From contig CAYSAC010000005.1 of the NCBI GenBank assembly GCA_964428815.1, positions 1 through 39,478 on the forward strand: a stretch of DNA of 39,478 nt, written 5' to 3'. This DNA is from an uncultured Acidimicrobiaceae bacterium (lineage in GTDB: Bacteria; Actinomycetota; Acidimicrobiia; Acidimicrobiales; CAYSAC01). The notes below the pieces were generated by a model. That model was not told the DNA's origin and did not search any database. It was given only the letters and a program-made list of their open reading frames with translations. How positions within the stretch are numbered: the stretch's first letter is position 1; every line of letters begins with the position of its first letter. A program made the translations under genes and the position numbers. Positions 16,318 through 25,160 of the stretch are shown here, piece by piece.

Positions 16318-17810
16318 TGCTCCGAGGCCCCGAGCCCGAGCCGTTCCGCACCCAGTCTTATGGGGCGAGATGGTACCTGGACCCCCTCCCGGACTGCCAA
16401 ATCGCCCCGGCCACCAAGGACAAATGGCCGTCGGTCACCACCATAAAGAAGGCGTGGAGCAAGCCATTCAGAAAGAAGCTCCCGACCGGTGAGACGGTGC
16501 CGCTCGACGCCCTATGGGCCGCCGAGTTCATCGCCGACAACCTGACCGCGGTCACCGCTCTGGGCGAGGACCGCGGTGCCATCGTCACCTTGTGCGCCAC
16601 CGCGCCGGCCCGTCGCCTCAACGCGGCGGCCGACCGCGGCACCGGCGTGCACACGCTCCTCGAGAACATCGCCGCCGGAGTGGGGCTCGACAGCATGCTC
16701 CTGGACCCGGCGGTCGAACCTTTCGCCCCGGCGTGCCACGAGTTCATCGCTGACTGGGCGCCGGTGTGGGTAGCGGCGGAGATCCTGTGCTTCAACCGTG
16801 ACGTCGGCTTCGCCGGTACCGCTGACTCGATCATCACGATCCAGCTCGACGGCAAGCCCTTCACCGCCATCGTGGACTGGAAGAGCCGCGGCAACGCGCA
16901 CGGCTGCTACGAGGACGAGGTCGCGCAGCTCGGCGGCTACAGCCTGGCCGAGTACATCGTGGTGCGCTCGCCGATCGACGGCCGGCCGATGCGCATGGAG
17001 ATGCCGGCGCTCGACGGCGGTCTCATCGTCTCGATCACCGCCGACAGCTACCAGCTGTACCCGGTGGACCTCGGTGAGGCGCAGATCGCTTTCGTCGGCA
17101 TGCACCAATCGTGGCTGGCTCACCGCGGTGGCCAGAAGGCTGCGCGTAAGGCCCGTCAGCACCCGCTTCTCGTGCCGCCGTCAAACGCTGAGATCGGCGA
17201 GCTGTTGGAAGCGAGCCTGGCCGCTGGCGGCATCGTCGACGAGTCAGCGCCCAACGACGCCATCGCGATCCCGACGTCGTCGGGCGACAACGTTTCGCTG
17301 GTCGTCGCCAGCGTGATCACGACTGGGAACCCCTCGGACCGACAGATGCCCTCTGGCTCGACCGAGCAGGCCCTACGTAGGGATGACGGGGAACAACCGG
17401 CCGAGGGATCCACGGCACATACACCGCTGGAGGGCACACCCTCGGCCGGCCCCGCTCCCGCCCCTGGACCAGCCGTCATCAAGGGCAACGTCGAGAGGTT
17501 CAACGCGCTCGCCGCCGGTGCTGATGAAGCATTAGCGGAGCTCCATACCGCCCGTCTCGACTGGCTGAGCGACCGGATCCAGGTCATCAAGGACCACAGC
17601 CCCGAGGCGCTGGCGATGCTGGCCCGCGAATGGTCCACCCACGACCACATCCCGACGATGAAGGCCGGCGGGCCCAGCGACGCTGAGGAGATCGATGTCG
17701 TCGCCCGCTCCTGTGCCCTCGTGGAGAAGGAGCACGGCATCGCGTTCCCGCCCGAGGAGCCGGGCGTGGAGCTCGTCACCCGGGCGCTGCGGAAGGCGGG
17801 GATGACGTGA
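16317..17810 (+). CDS. Cas4/RecB-like PD-(D/E)XK exonuclease with long C-terminal extension
   Basis: PSVTT, AADRGTGVH, E...FAGTAD...IVDWKS, QLGGY. Confidence 0.85.
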   Translation: MLRGPEPEPFRTQSYGARWYLDPLPDCQIAPATKDKWPSVTTIKKAWSKPFRKKLPTGETVPLDALWAAEFIADNLTAVTALGEDRGAIVTLCATAPARRLNAAADRGTGVHTLLENIAAGVGLDSMLLDPAVEPFAPACHEFIADWAPVWVAAEILCFNRDVGFAGTADSIITIQLDGKPFTAIVDWKSRGNAHGCYEDEVAQLGGYSLAEYIVVRSPIDGRPMRMEMPALDGGLIVSITADSYQLYPVDLGEAQIAFVGMHQSWLAHRGGQKAARKARQHPLLVPPSNAEIGELLEASLAAGGIVDESAPNDAIAIPTSSGDNVSLVVASVITTGNPSDRQMPSGSTEQALRRDDGEQPAEGSTAHTPLEGTPSAGPAPAPGPAVIKGNVERFNALAAGADEALAELHTARLDWLSDRIQVIKDHSPEALAMLAREWSTHDHIPTMKAGGPSDAEEIDVVARSCALVEKEHGIAFPPEEPGVELVTRALRKAGMT

Positions 17811-17977
17811 CTTGCCATCGCTGCCATCGCCTTGAGTGCACCCCCGAAGGAGTCATCTATGAGCCTGGCTGGGGCCTAGATGGAGAGATAGGCGTGGCTG
17901 AGATTCAGTGTCCGTGCGCCTCGTGTCATCCACCCATAACCCCGAACCCAACCCACAACAAGGACAAAAGCACATGA
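17807..17977 (+). CDS. 56-aa Cys-rich protein
   Basis: GTGA and ATGA overlaps; CHRC...CPCASCH. Confidence 0.5.
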   Translation: MTCHRCHRLECTPEGVIYEPGWGLDGEIGVAEIQCPCASCHPPITPNPTHNKDKST

Positions 17978-18375
17978 CCGAATTCACCAAAGTCGAGGTT
18001 CCCCGAGGCCAGTTCATTGGCTGGGGGCCGAAGCCTGGCCAGGTCGTCACCGTCAAGGTGACCTCGTTCGACCCGACCGGCGGCAGTGACGCCAACGACA
18101 AGCCCTGCCCGCAGATGGTCGGCACCCTCATCGGTGAGGCCGACAGCTACCGCGATCAGGGCGCGACCAAGACGCACCTGCCCGACGGCGAGCTGGTGAC
18201 CGTCACCGCCGGTATCGCCAACCTCAAGGCCGGCCTGGCCGCCGCGGACCCCAAGCCGGGCGACACCGTGCGCATGGACTTCAACGACACCTACAAGACG
18301 GCCAAGGGCACCGGCAAGGTCATCGAGGTGTCCATCGCCCGCGCCTCGCAGTCCGTCACGGTCGACGACATCTGA
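17974..18375 (+). CDS. Putative ssDNA-binding protein (OB-fold-like)
   Basis: Beta-rich, PKPGDTV, acidic end VDDI; follows exonuclease. Confidence 0.55.
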   Translation: MTEFTKVEVPRGQFIGWGPKPGQVVTVKVTSFDPTGGSDANDKPCPQMVGTLIGEADSYRDQGATKTHLPDGELVTVTAGIANLKAGLAAADPKPGDTVRMDFNDTYKTAKGTGKVIEVSIARASQSVTVDDI

Positions 18376-18381
18376 GCCATG

Positions 18382-18415
18382 GGGCCCGGGGGTGTCATCG
18401 ACCGCTCCCGGGCCC
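18382..18415 (+). terminator. GC-rich hairpin
   Basis: GGGCCCGGG / CCCGGGCCC. Confidence 0.45.
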
Positions 18416-18437
18416 ACCGCAGTTGATGAGGAGGGTG

Positions 18438-19163
18438 ATGGGGTCGGATCTGCGACCGTTCTTCGGCTTCTACGGAGGCAAGTGGCGCGACGCGCTCAAG
18501 CACTACCCGTCACCCGCGTTCGACGCGATCGTCGAGCCCTTCGCCGGGTCAGCGGGCTACGCGTTGCGGTACGCCGACCGCGACGTTGTGCTGAGCGAGC
18601 TCGATCCGATCGTGGCGTCGGTCTGGCGCTACCTAATCAGGGTGAGCTCGGAGGAGATCCGAGCGATCCCTGACCTTGGCCTCGATCAGATCGTCGACGA
18701 TCTCGACGTCTGCCAAGAGGCCCGATGGCTGGTGGGCTTCTGGCTCAATCGAGGGACGTCGAGGCCGCGCACCAGCCCGTCACGGTGGATGCGTGACGGC
18801 ATCCGACCGGGGTCGTTCTGGGGTGAACGAGTGCGGGAGACGATTGCCTCGCAGGTTGATCGCATTCGCCATTGGCAGGTCTTCAACTGCAGCTACGAGC
18901 TGTGCCCTGTTGACGCTCCGGCGACCTGGTTCATCGACCCGCCCTACCAAGGCGCCGGGCGGCACTACCGATTCGGGTCGTCGGGCATCGACTACCTCGA
19001 GCTGGGGGAGTGGTGCCGGTCGCGACGAGGTCAGGTGATCGTCTGCGAGAACGCCGGCGCCGGCTGGTTGCCGTTCCGGCAACTCGCCGACGTGAAGACG
19101 ACCCGGGCGTCCTCCAGGTCGGCAGAGGTCAGCTGGGTCAACGATCGGGAGGCGGCAGCGTGA
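18438..19163 (+). CDS. DNA adenine methyltransferase (Dam/D12-like)
   Basis: YGGK, VEPFAGSAG SAM-binding motif, FIDPPY catalytic motif. Confidence 0.88.
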   Translation: MGSDLRPFFGFYGGKWRDALKHYPSPAFDAIVEPFAGSAGYALRYADRDVVLSELDPIVASVWRYLIRVSSEEIRAIPDLGLDQIVDDLDVCQEARWLVGFWLNRGTSRPRTSPSRWMRDGIRPGSFWGERVRETIASQVDRIRHWQVFNCSYELCPVDAPATWFIDPPYQGAGRHYRFGSSGIDYLELGEWCRSRRGQVIVCENAGAGWLPFRQLADVKTTRASSRSAEVSWVNDREAAA

Positions 19164-19179
19164 GCGACAGGAGAGAACG

Positions 19180-19863
19180 ATGACGATCAAGGCGATCGAA
19201 ACTCGCTACGCCGGCTGCAGGTTTCGGTCGCGCCTCGAGGCCCGTTGGGCTGTCTTCTTCGACACGCTCGGCGTGCGCTGGGAGTACGAGCCGGAGGGGC
19301 TGTTGTTCGATGACGGCACCCGCTACTTACCTGACTTCCGCTTGCCAGATCTCCGGATCTGGTTCGAGGTGAAGGGTGATCCTTGGCCGATCGACCCGAA
19401 GTGGCGCCGCCTTCATGACGAGTTGGCAGTTCCTGACTTCACCTGGCACAACCAACGCGCCACGGCTCAACGGGCGTACAGCCGCATCCTCGAGGCGTGT
19501 CGGATGGCGATATCGGAGACGGCTGACGATGAGGTAGCGGAGAGGCGAGCGGAGACCCTGCAGAGGGAGATCGCTCGTCGCGATCTACCCGAGCGCGCCT
19601 TCCTGGCCGGTCCCCTTCCGCGTCTGGATGGACGCATCGATCGCCTCACCTTCGGATGCATGATCGGCCCTGGCGACCCTCATTCCGGCTGGGCATGGAG
19701 CATGTGCATCGTCTGTGGCGAGGTGGATGCAGCTCATGTCGCCGGGCCGGTGCCAAGAATGTGCGGTCACGAAGCGGACGACCCATTGCTGGATACGACC
19801 GAGCTCAGGATCGCTTACGACAGGGCTCGCTCCGCCCGCTTCGAGCATGGGGAGTCTGGGTGA
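19180..19863 (+). CDS. PD-(D/E)XK nuclease-family phage protein
   Basis: FRSRLEARWAVFFD...WEYEPEG...YLPDF...FEVKG. Confidence 0.8.
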   Translation: MTIKAIETRYAGCRFRSRLEARWAVFFDTLGVRWEYEPEGLLFDDGTRYLPDFRLPDLRIWFEVKGDPWPIDPKWRRLHDELAVPDFTWHNQRATAQRAYSRILEACRMAISETADDEVAERRAETLQREIARRDLPERAFLAGPLPRLDGRIDRLTFGCMIGPGDPHSGWAWSMCIVCGEVDAAHVAGPVPRMCGHEADDPLLDTTELRIAYDRARSARFEHGESG

Positions 19864-22175
19864 GCGACGACATCGCCCCCCTACTGGGCCCCATCGGGAG
19901 CCTCGTCGAACACGCCTACGGCTATGCGCAGTTCGGTCTGGAGATGTTCCCCGCGAACCCGCGGGACAAGAGGCCACTAGTTAGCCAGCTCAATGCGACC
20001 ACGGATCTCGACACCCTCGAGGCCTGGTGGTCGCAGTGGCCTTCGGCCCTGCTCGGGCACCGCGTTGCCGAGGGCGAAGTCATACTCGATATCGACCCCC
20101 GCCACGGCGGCCTAGACACCTGGAAGGCGTTGCGCGAGGAGGTGGGGAGCTCGTTCCCCGTCACCCGCGCCCACTACAGCGGTCGAGAGGATGGCGGTGG
20201 ACACTCCTGGTGGATCCGCCCCGATGAGCATCTGACGATCACCAAGCTCGACGCCTGGGCCAAGGAGCGCGGCGCCGGCCATCCGATCGCCGTCGAGGGC
20301 GCCAAGGAGCGCTGGTCATGCGGCATCGACCTCCTGCACCGCAGGCACCGCTACACCCTGATGCCGCCCTCGTTGCACCCTGACACCGGCCAGCCCTACC
20401 GCTGGGCGCCCGGCCGCGGGCTGGCACTGCCGCCGGCGCCCATGCCTCAGCTGCTGGTGGACCTGTTGGTGCGCGACGGCGAGGTCATCCCGCCCCGGCC
20501 ACCTGGGCCGGTGGACCCGAACTCGCCGGCGGATTGGTACAGCGAGACCCACCGCTGGCGCCACCTGTTGCCAGCCCACGGCTGGCTGCTCGTTGGCGGT
20601 GACGGTGACTCGGACGGTTCCCGGTGGCGCCACCCGACCTCGGAGAATCGGGCGCACTCGGCGACGATCCGGCACGGCTGCCTGTTCGTCTACAGCCCCA
20701 ACACGCCCTTCGAGGTCACCTCCGACGGCGAGCCGCACGGCTACACGCTGTTCAAGGCCTGGGCCACGTTCGAGCACCGCGGCGACATGTCGGCGGCCGC
20801 CAGTGCGGCTCGGAGGTTGATGCCGGCGGTCACGGTCGTGGACCGCTTGGACCCTAAGCCCTCAACGAACGGCCACTCAAAGGGCGCCAGGCGGCTCGTG
20901 CTCACGCCGGCAGCAGGGATCAAGCCTCGCCGGGTCAGGTGGTGCTGGGAGGGCCGGTTGGCCGTCGGAACCTTGGGCCTGCTGGCCGGACCCGAGGGGC
21001 TGGGCAAGTCCACCCTCGGCTACACGGTCGCCGCCGATCTCACCCGAGGGAAGCTCCCGGGCGAGTTCTACGAGCAGCCCAAGGCCGTCCTGGTGTGCGC
21101 CACGGAGGATTCCTGGGCCCACACGATCGTGCCTCGACTCATGGCTGCCGGCGCCGATCTGGAGCGGGTGTACCGGGCGGAGGTGGCGCTCGCCGACGAC
21201 ATCGTGGTCGGCCTCAGTCTGCCGCTCGACCTGACTGAGCTCGAGGCGGCGGCGCTCGGGGTCGAGGCCGCTCTGCTCATTCTCGACCCCCTCATGTCAA
21301 GGCTCGATGGCGTCCTTGACACCCATCGCGACGGCGACGTCCGCCGCGCCCTCGAGCCCCTCGTGTCGGTGGCCGACAACACCAACATGTCGATCCTCGG
21401 GCTCATCCACCACAACAAGTCCGGTGGCGTCGACCCGCTCAACCTCGTGATGGCCTCCAAGGCCTTCACGGCCGTCGCCCGATCGGTGCACACGGTCATC
21501 AAGGACCCCGACGACGAGACCGGCCTGCGGCGGTTCTTCGGCACCCCCAAGAACAACCTCGGCCGCTCCGACCTACCCACGATGTCGTTCGCCATCGAAG
21601 GCTGGGATTACGACACCGACGACGGACCGGGGACGACCGGGAAGCTCGTCTGGGGCGCGGAGTTTAAGGACACGATCGCCGACATCCTGCTGCGTTCGGC
21701 TCGCGACCCCGAAGAGAAGGGCCGTCTCCAGGAGGCGGTCCTGTGGCTCGAGGACTACCTGAACGACCGTCAGATGCCGCCGCGAGCCGGGGACGCGATC
21801 GCTGCCGGCAAGGCTGCAGGGCACTCCGAGAAGACGATTGAACGGGCCCGGAAGAAGCTCGGGGTCGAGACCTCCAAGACCGGATATCAAGGTGCGTGGG
21901 TGTGGACTCGGGCCGATTCGCCAAAGCCGCCCCAAGGCCCCCACGTCCCTGAGGCTGGCGCCTTGGCGCCTTTGGTTTCACCAGAGCCTAAAGAAGCCAA
22001 ATCAATCAAAGAAGACATAGGTGTGTCTCCCCATGCGCGCGAGGCGCCTTTGGAGGAGGGGTCGGAGCCAGAAACCCTCATCCCGGTCGACCAGATCGAA
22101 GCCTCGGACGCCTTCCGCCGCGGCGCCGAGAAGGCAGCGGCCGCTCGCCAGACGGTCAGCCCGGAGGATCTGTGA
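19860..22175 (+). CDS. Bifunctional primase/polymerase fused to RecA-like (AAA_25) helicase
   Basis: LDIDPRHGG, GGH, PPSLHP prim-pol motifs; GPEGLGKST Walker A, LILDP Walker B, IHHNK, KNNL. Confidence 0.9.
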   Translation: MSDDIAPLLGPIGSLVEHAYGYAQFGLEMFPANPRDKRPLVSQLNATTDLDTLEAWWSQWPSALLGHRVAEGEVILDIDPRHGGLDTWKALREEVGSSFPVTRAHYSGREDGGGHSWWIRPDEHLTITKLDAWAKERGAGHPIAVEGAKERWSCGIDLLHRRHRYTLMPPSLHPDTGQPYRWAPGRGLALPPAPMPQLLVDLLVRDGEVIPPRPPGPVDPNSPADWYSETHRWRHLLPAHGWLLVGGDGDSDGSRWRHPTSENRAHSATIRHGCLFVYSPNTPFEVTSDGEPHGYTLFKAWATFEHRGDMSAAASAARRLMPAVTVVDRLDPKPSTNGHSKGARRLVLTPAAGIKPRRVRWCWEGRLAVGTLGLLAGPEGLGKSTLGYTVAADLTRGKLPGEFYEQPKAVLVCATEDSWAHTIVPRLMAAGADLERVYRAEVALADDIVVGLSLPLDLTELEAAALGVEAALLILDPLMSRLDGVLDTHRDGDVRRALEPLVSVADNTNMSILGLIHHNKSGGVDPLNLVMASKAFTAVARSVHTVIKDPDDETGLRRFFGTPKNNLGRSDLPTMSFAIEGWDYDTDDGPGTTGKLVWGAEFKDTIADILLRSARDPEEKGRLQEAVLWLEDYLNDRQMPPRAGDAIAAGKAAGHSEKTIERARKKLGVETSKTGYQGAWVWTRADSPKPPQGPHVPEAGALAPLVSPEPKEAKSIKEDIGVSPHAREAPLEEGSEPETLIPVDQIEASDAFRRGAEKAAAARQTVSPEDL
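21919..22053. promoter_or_regulatory. Candidate replication origin within the helicase 3' end
   Basis: CCAAAG/CCAAGG facing CCTTGG/CTTTGG; GGCGCCTT three times; A-rich tract 21990-22018. Confidence 0.4.
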
Positions 22176-22552
22176 GCGCCACCTCCTGGCACGCCCCCGC
22201 CGAGACGACCTACCTCGAGCGCCTCCCGGCGCTCACCAAGGCCGGCGACAACTGCACGAAGACCCACAGCCACGTCTTCGCCCCTTGCGATGTCTGCTGG
22301 GAAGCGACTTGGGTGGCCGAGTCGGAGCTGAAGGTCACCTGGACCTGTTCGACGTGCAAGCGGTCCTCGAAGCGCAACCCATCGCCCGAGACGCCGGTCT
22401 GTGTCGGCCGGACGGTCGGTGGCCAGAAGGTCGACCACCCCCCGACAGCGATGACCATCTCGACCAGTGGCCGTGCGTGTCGCATGACCTATCGCTGCCC
22501 CGGGCGCCATCGGCGCGAGGGGCTCATCCCCCGAACGAAGGAGACGACGTGA
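22172..22552 (+). CDS. Cys-rich hypothetical protein
   Basis: GGAGG SD, GTGA coupling. Confidence 0.65.
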   Translation: MSATSWHAPAETTYLERLPALTKAGDNCTKTHSHVFAPCDVCWEATWVAESELKVTWTCSTCKRSSKRNPSPETPVCVGRTVGGQKVDHPPTAMTISTSGRACRMTYRCPGRHRREGLIPRTKETT

Positions 22553-23637
22553 GCGAAGCTCTACCGGAGGTCGGCGGCGAAGGCCTCAGCCTCGAGTTGC
22601 TCGATCTGATGGAGCACGAGAAGTCCATCGAGCAAGGCATCACGTCCATGCTCGACATGGGCTACGCCTTCGAGAAGATCCGTGATGGCCGCAAGTACCG
22701 GGCGAAGGGCTACACCACGTTCGAGGCTTATTGCCAAGAGCGCTGGGGGCTGAGCCGGCAACACGTGAACCAGGTCATCTCGGCATGCCAAATAACCAGG
22801 GAACTGGAAACAGTTGTTTCCATCGTGCCCTCACACGAGAGCCAGGTTCGCCCCCTCAAGGCTCTTCCCGACCCCGAGCAGCGTGCCGAGGCATGGAGCG
22901 AGGCCGTCGAGGAAGCCGGCGGGGATCAGCCCACGGCGAAGCAGGTCGAGAAGGCCGTCGCCAAGCGTCAGCCGCCGAAGAAGGATCACCCGGCGCCGTT
23001 CTCGGACCCGATCCTTGATCAGGTCGCCGAGCATCTGAAGGAGACCGGTCAGACCGGCACGGTGCTCGACCCCTTCGCGGGTACAGGCCGGGTTCACGAG
23101 CTGCGCGAGAAGGCCGGCGTCAAGACCCTCGGCATCGAGATCGAGCCCGAGTGGGCGGCCAAGCATCCCGACACCATCGAAGGCAACGCCCTCGAGCTCA
23201 CCAACACCATCGAACCCGGGACCATCGATGCCATCGCTACCTCGCCCACTTACGGCAATCGCATGGCCGACCACCACGACGCCAAGGACGACAGCGTCCG
23301 CCTGACCTACAAGCACACGCTCGGTCGTGACCTCAATGAGGACAACAGCGGGCAGTTGCAGTGGGGCGACGAGTACAAGCGCTTCCATCAAACAGCTTGG
23401 GCTGAAGCTGTTGAGACGTTGAAGCCCGGCGGAACGCTGACGCTCAACATCAAGAACCACATCCGGGAAGACCTGGAAGTTCGAGTGGCGGAGTGGCACC
23501 TCGACACGCTCTACGGCCTTGGCATGCACCTGGTTGCCCAGAACGTCGTATTGACAAAAGGCCTCATGGCCGGAGCGAACGCCGGAAGCCGAACACCGGC
23601 CGAGTACGTCATGACCTTCCGGAAGGATGAGCCATGA
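22549..23637 (+). CDS. DNA methyltransferase (N4/N6 type) with N-terminal helical domain
   Basis: HPAPF, VLDPFAGTG, TSPTY (SPPY-like), LKPGG; N-terminal GYTTFEAYCQERWG. Confidence 0.85.
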   Translation: MSEALPEVGGEGLSLELLDLMEHEKSIEQGITSMLDMGYAFEKIRDGRKYRAKGYTTFEAYCQERWGLSRQHVNQVISACQITRELETVVSIVPSHESQVRPLKALPDPEQRAEAWSEAVEEAGGDQPTAKQVEKAVAKRQPPKKDHPAPFSDPILDQVAEHLKETGQTGTVLDPFAGTGRVHELREKAGVKTLGIEIEPEWAAKHPDTIEGNALELTNTIEPGTIDAIATSPTYGNRMADHHDAKDDSVRLTYKHTLGRDLNEDNSGQLQWGDEYKRFHQTAWAEAVETLKPGGTLTLNIKNHIREDLEVRVAEWHLDTLYGLGMHLVAQNVVLTKGLMAGANAGSRTPAEYVMTFRKDEP

Positions 23638-24164
23638 CCGATTCCTCCAACCTTGTGACGACCCGCGTCTGCGCTCTGGACCTGTCGGTCACCGCAACCG
23701 GTATGTGCGACCGCCAAGGCAACCTCCACACCTTCAGCCCGAAGGCCAGGGGCGATGCACGCCTGCATGAGATCGCCGTGTGGCTCACGGACTGCGTGCT
23801 GAGCCTCGACCCCCACTTCGTCGCCATCGAGGACGTCGTGGTGCGCTCCAGCGCCTCCAGCGTGCTGGGGATGCTCCACGGCGCCGTGAGATGCCTCCTG
23901 CTGGCCGAGGAGGTGCCCTACGTCGTGCTGGCGCCGGCGAGCATCAAGACCTACGCCACGGGTCGGGGCAACGCCACGAAGCCGGACATGCGCATGGAGA
24001 TGTTCAAGCGCACCGGCCGCGACGTCGCGGATGACAACCAGGTGGACGCCTGGTGGCTCTGGGCCCTCGCCAGCGACCTCGACGGCGAAGCGGTCATCGA
24101 GCTGCCCCAGACCCACCGCCGAGCGCTCGCCAAGCTCACCCACCCGCTGAAGGAGACCACATGA
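23634..24164 (+). CDS. ruvC: RuvC-like Holliday junction resolvase
   Basis: ALDLSVTATG, VAIED, KTYATGRGNATK, DNQVDA. Confidence 0.9.
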   Translation: MTDSSNLVTTRVCALDLSVTATGMCDRQGNLHTFSPKARGDARLHEIAVWLTDCVLSLDPHFVAIEDVVVRSSASSVLGMLHGAVRCLLLAEEVPYVVLAPASIKTYATGRGNATKPDMRMEMFKRTGRDVADDNQVDAWWLWALASDLDGEAVIELPQTHRRALAKLTHPLKETT

Positions 24165-24334
24165 CCCTCACCGATGCCCTCACCGTGTTGCGTGACGCCC
24201 TACCGGAGAAGCCGGCCCTCGACGACCCCCACCAGGCCGCTGTGCGGGTGGTGGCCGCAGCCGTCCCCAAGTTCCGGGGCGGGATCATTCGTCGCCCAAT
24301 GGGCGACGAGGCGGGGTTTCCGGGGCAATCATGA
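24161..24334 (+). CDS. Small hypothetical protein
   Basis: AAGGAG SD, ATGA overlap. Confidence 0.55.
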   Translation: MTLTDALTVLRDALPEKPALDDPHQAAVRVVAAAVPKFRGGIIRRPMGDEAGFPGQS

Positions 24335-24391
24335 AACCTACGAAACCGGCGGACCACGGAGCCCCAGCGCTCCGAAGTGAAGGAGTAACCC

Positions 24392-24793
24392 ATGATCACG
24401 CCCACGCGCCTGAGCATCGGCGCAGGAGTCGTCATCACCCTCTCGACACTGGTAGGCGTGGCGGCCCTCATGCTGCCTTCTGACGCTGCACCGACGGGCA
24501 TCAACAGCGGCGAACCCGAGGCGGTCACCACCACGCCGCCCTCAACCTCGACCACCTCCTCCACGACGACGGTGGACCCGCAACCATCCGAGCATCCGTC
24601 TACGCCGTCGCCGGCCGATAGAACGCCAGCCTCCACCTCGGTTCCTCAGCCGGCTCCCGCCGTGACCGCACCAGCGACCACAGCCCCACCCACAACCAGG
24701 CCCCCAGCCCCAACGACCACGACCTCGTCGGCCCCGACGACCACTGTGTTCGTGTGTGGCAGCCCACCTAATCCGCCCTGCCCGCCCAGCTGA
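24392..24793 (+). CDS. Membrane-anchored Pro/Thr-rich protein
   Basis: AAGGAG SD; N-terminal TM; PT-rich stalk; terminal Cys pair. Confidence 0.7.
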   Translation: MITPTRLSIGAGVVITLSTLVGVAALMLPSDAAPTGINSGEPEAVTTTPPSTSTTSSTTTVDPQPSEHPSTPSPADRTPASTSVPQPAPAVTAPATTAPPTTRPPAPTTTTSSAPTTTVFVCGSPPNPPCPPS

Positions 24794-24807
24794 GCCGAAG
24801 GAGCACC

Positions 24808-25155
24808 ATGACCCACACCCGCATCATCGGCATCCTGGCTGTCGCCCTCGCCGTCTCAGCCTGCGGTGGCAGCGACAGCAGCGACCCCGACAACGACGCT
24901 CCCGCCTGTACCGACGTGTTCACCACTGGGCGACCCACCACCGAAGTGGTCGCCCAGTACGACAACAAGCCGTGCATCGACGAGAACGGCGACCGACTCT
25001 CCATCGCCCACATGTTCTGGGACTGCGGCGACGGCACTGCCGTCCACGAGGCCGGCGACTACGGGTGGGGTCGAGACGGCGACGTCTGGCAGGGACCCGA
25101 AGTGCCCAGGCCCCCGAGCACGTCAGCCGACGGCGCCCAGGCGGGCTGCCCGTAA
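24808..25155 (+). CDS. Lipoprotein
   Basis: AAGGAG SD; signal peptide with LAVSAC lipobox. Confidence 0.75.
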   Translation: MTHTRIIGILAVALAVSACGGSDSSDPDNDAPACTDVFTTGRPTTEVVAQYDNKPCIDENGDRLSIAHMFWDCGDGTAVHEAGDYGWGRDGDVWQGPEVPRPPSTSADGAQAGCP

Positions 25156-25160
25156 CCCCG

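Noticed and set aside
16317-17810. Cas4 as part of a CRISPR-Cas system
   Set aside because: No array or other cas genes; solo Cas4-like exonucleases are routine in actinophage recombination modules.
18438-19863. Type II restriction-modification pair
   Set aside because: The FRSRLEARWA nuclease family is a common phage replication-region gene; adjacency alone is not enough.
24756-25160. N-terminal extension of the HNH-TerL ORF
   Set aside because: Overlaps the lipoprotein gene in another frame and is Arg-rich nonsense; ATG 25161 is the plausible start.
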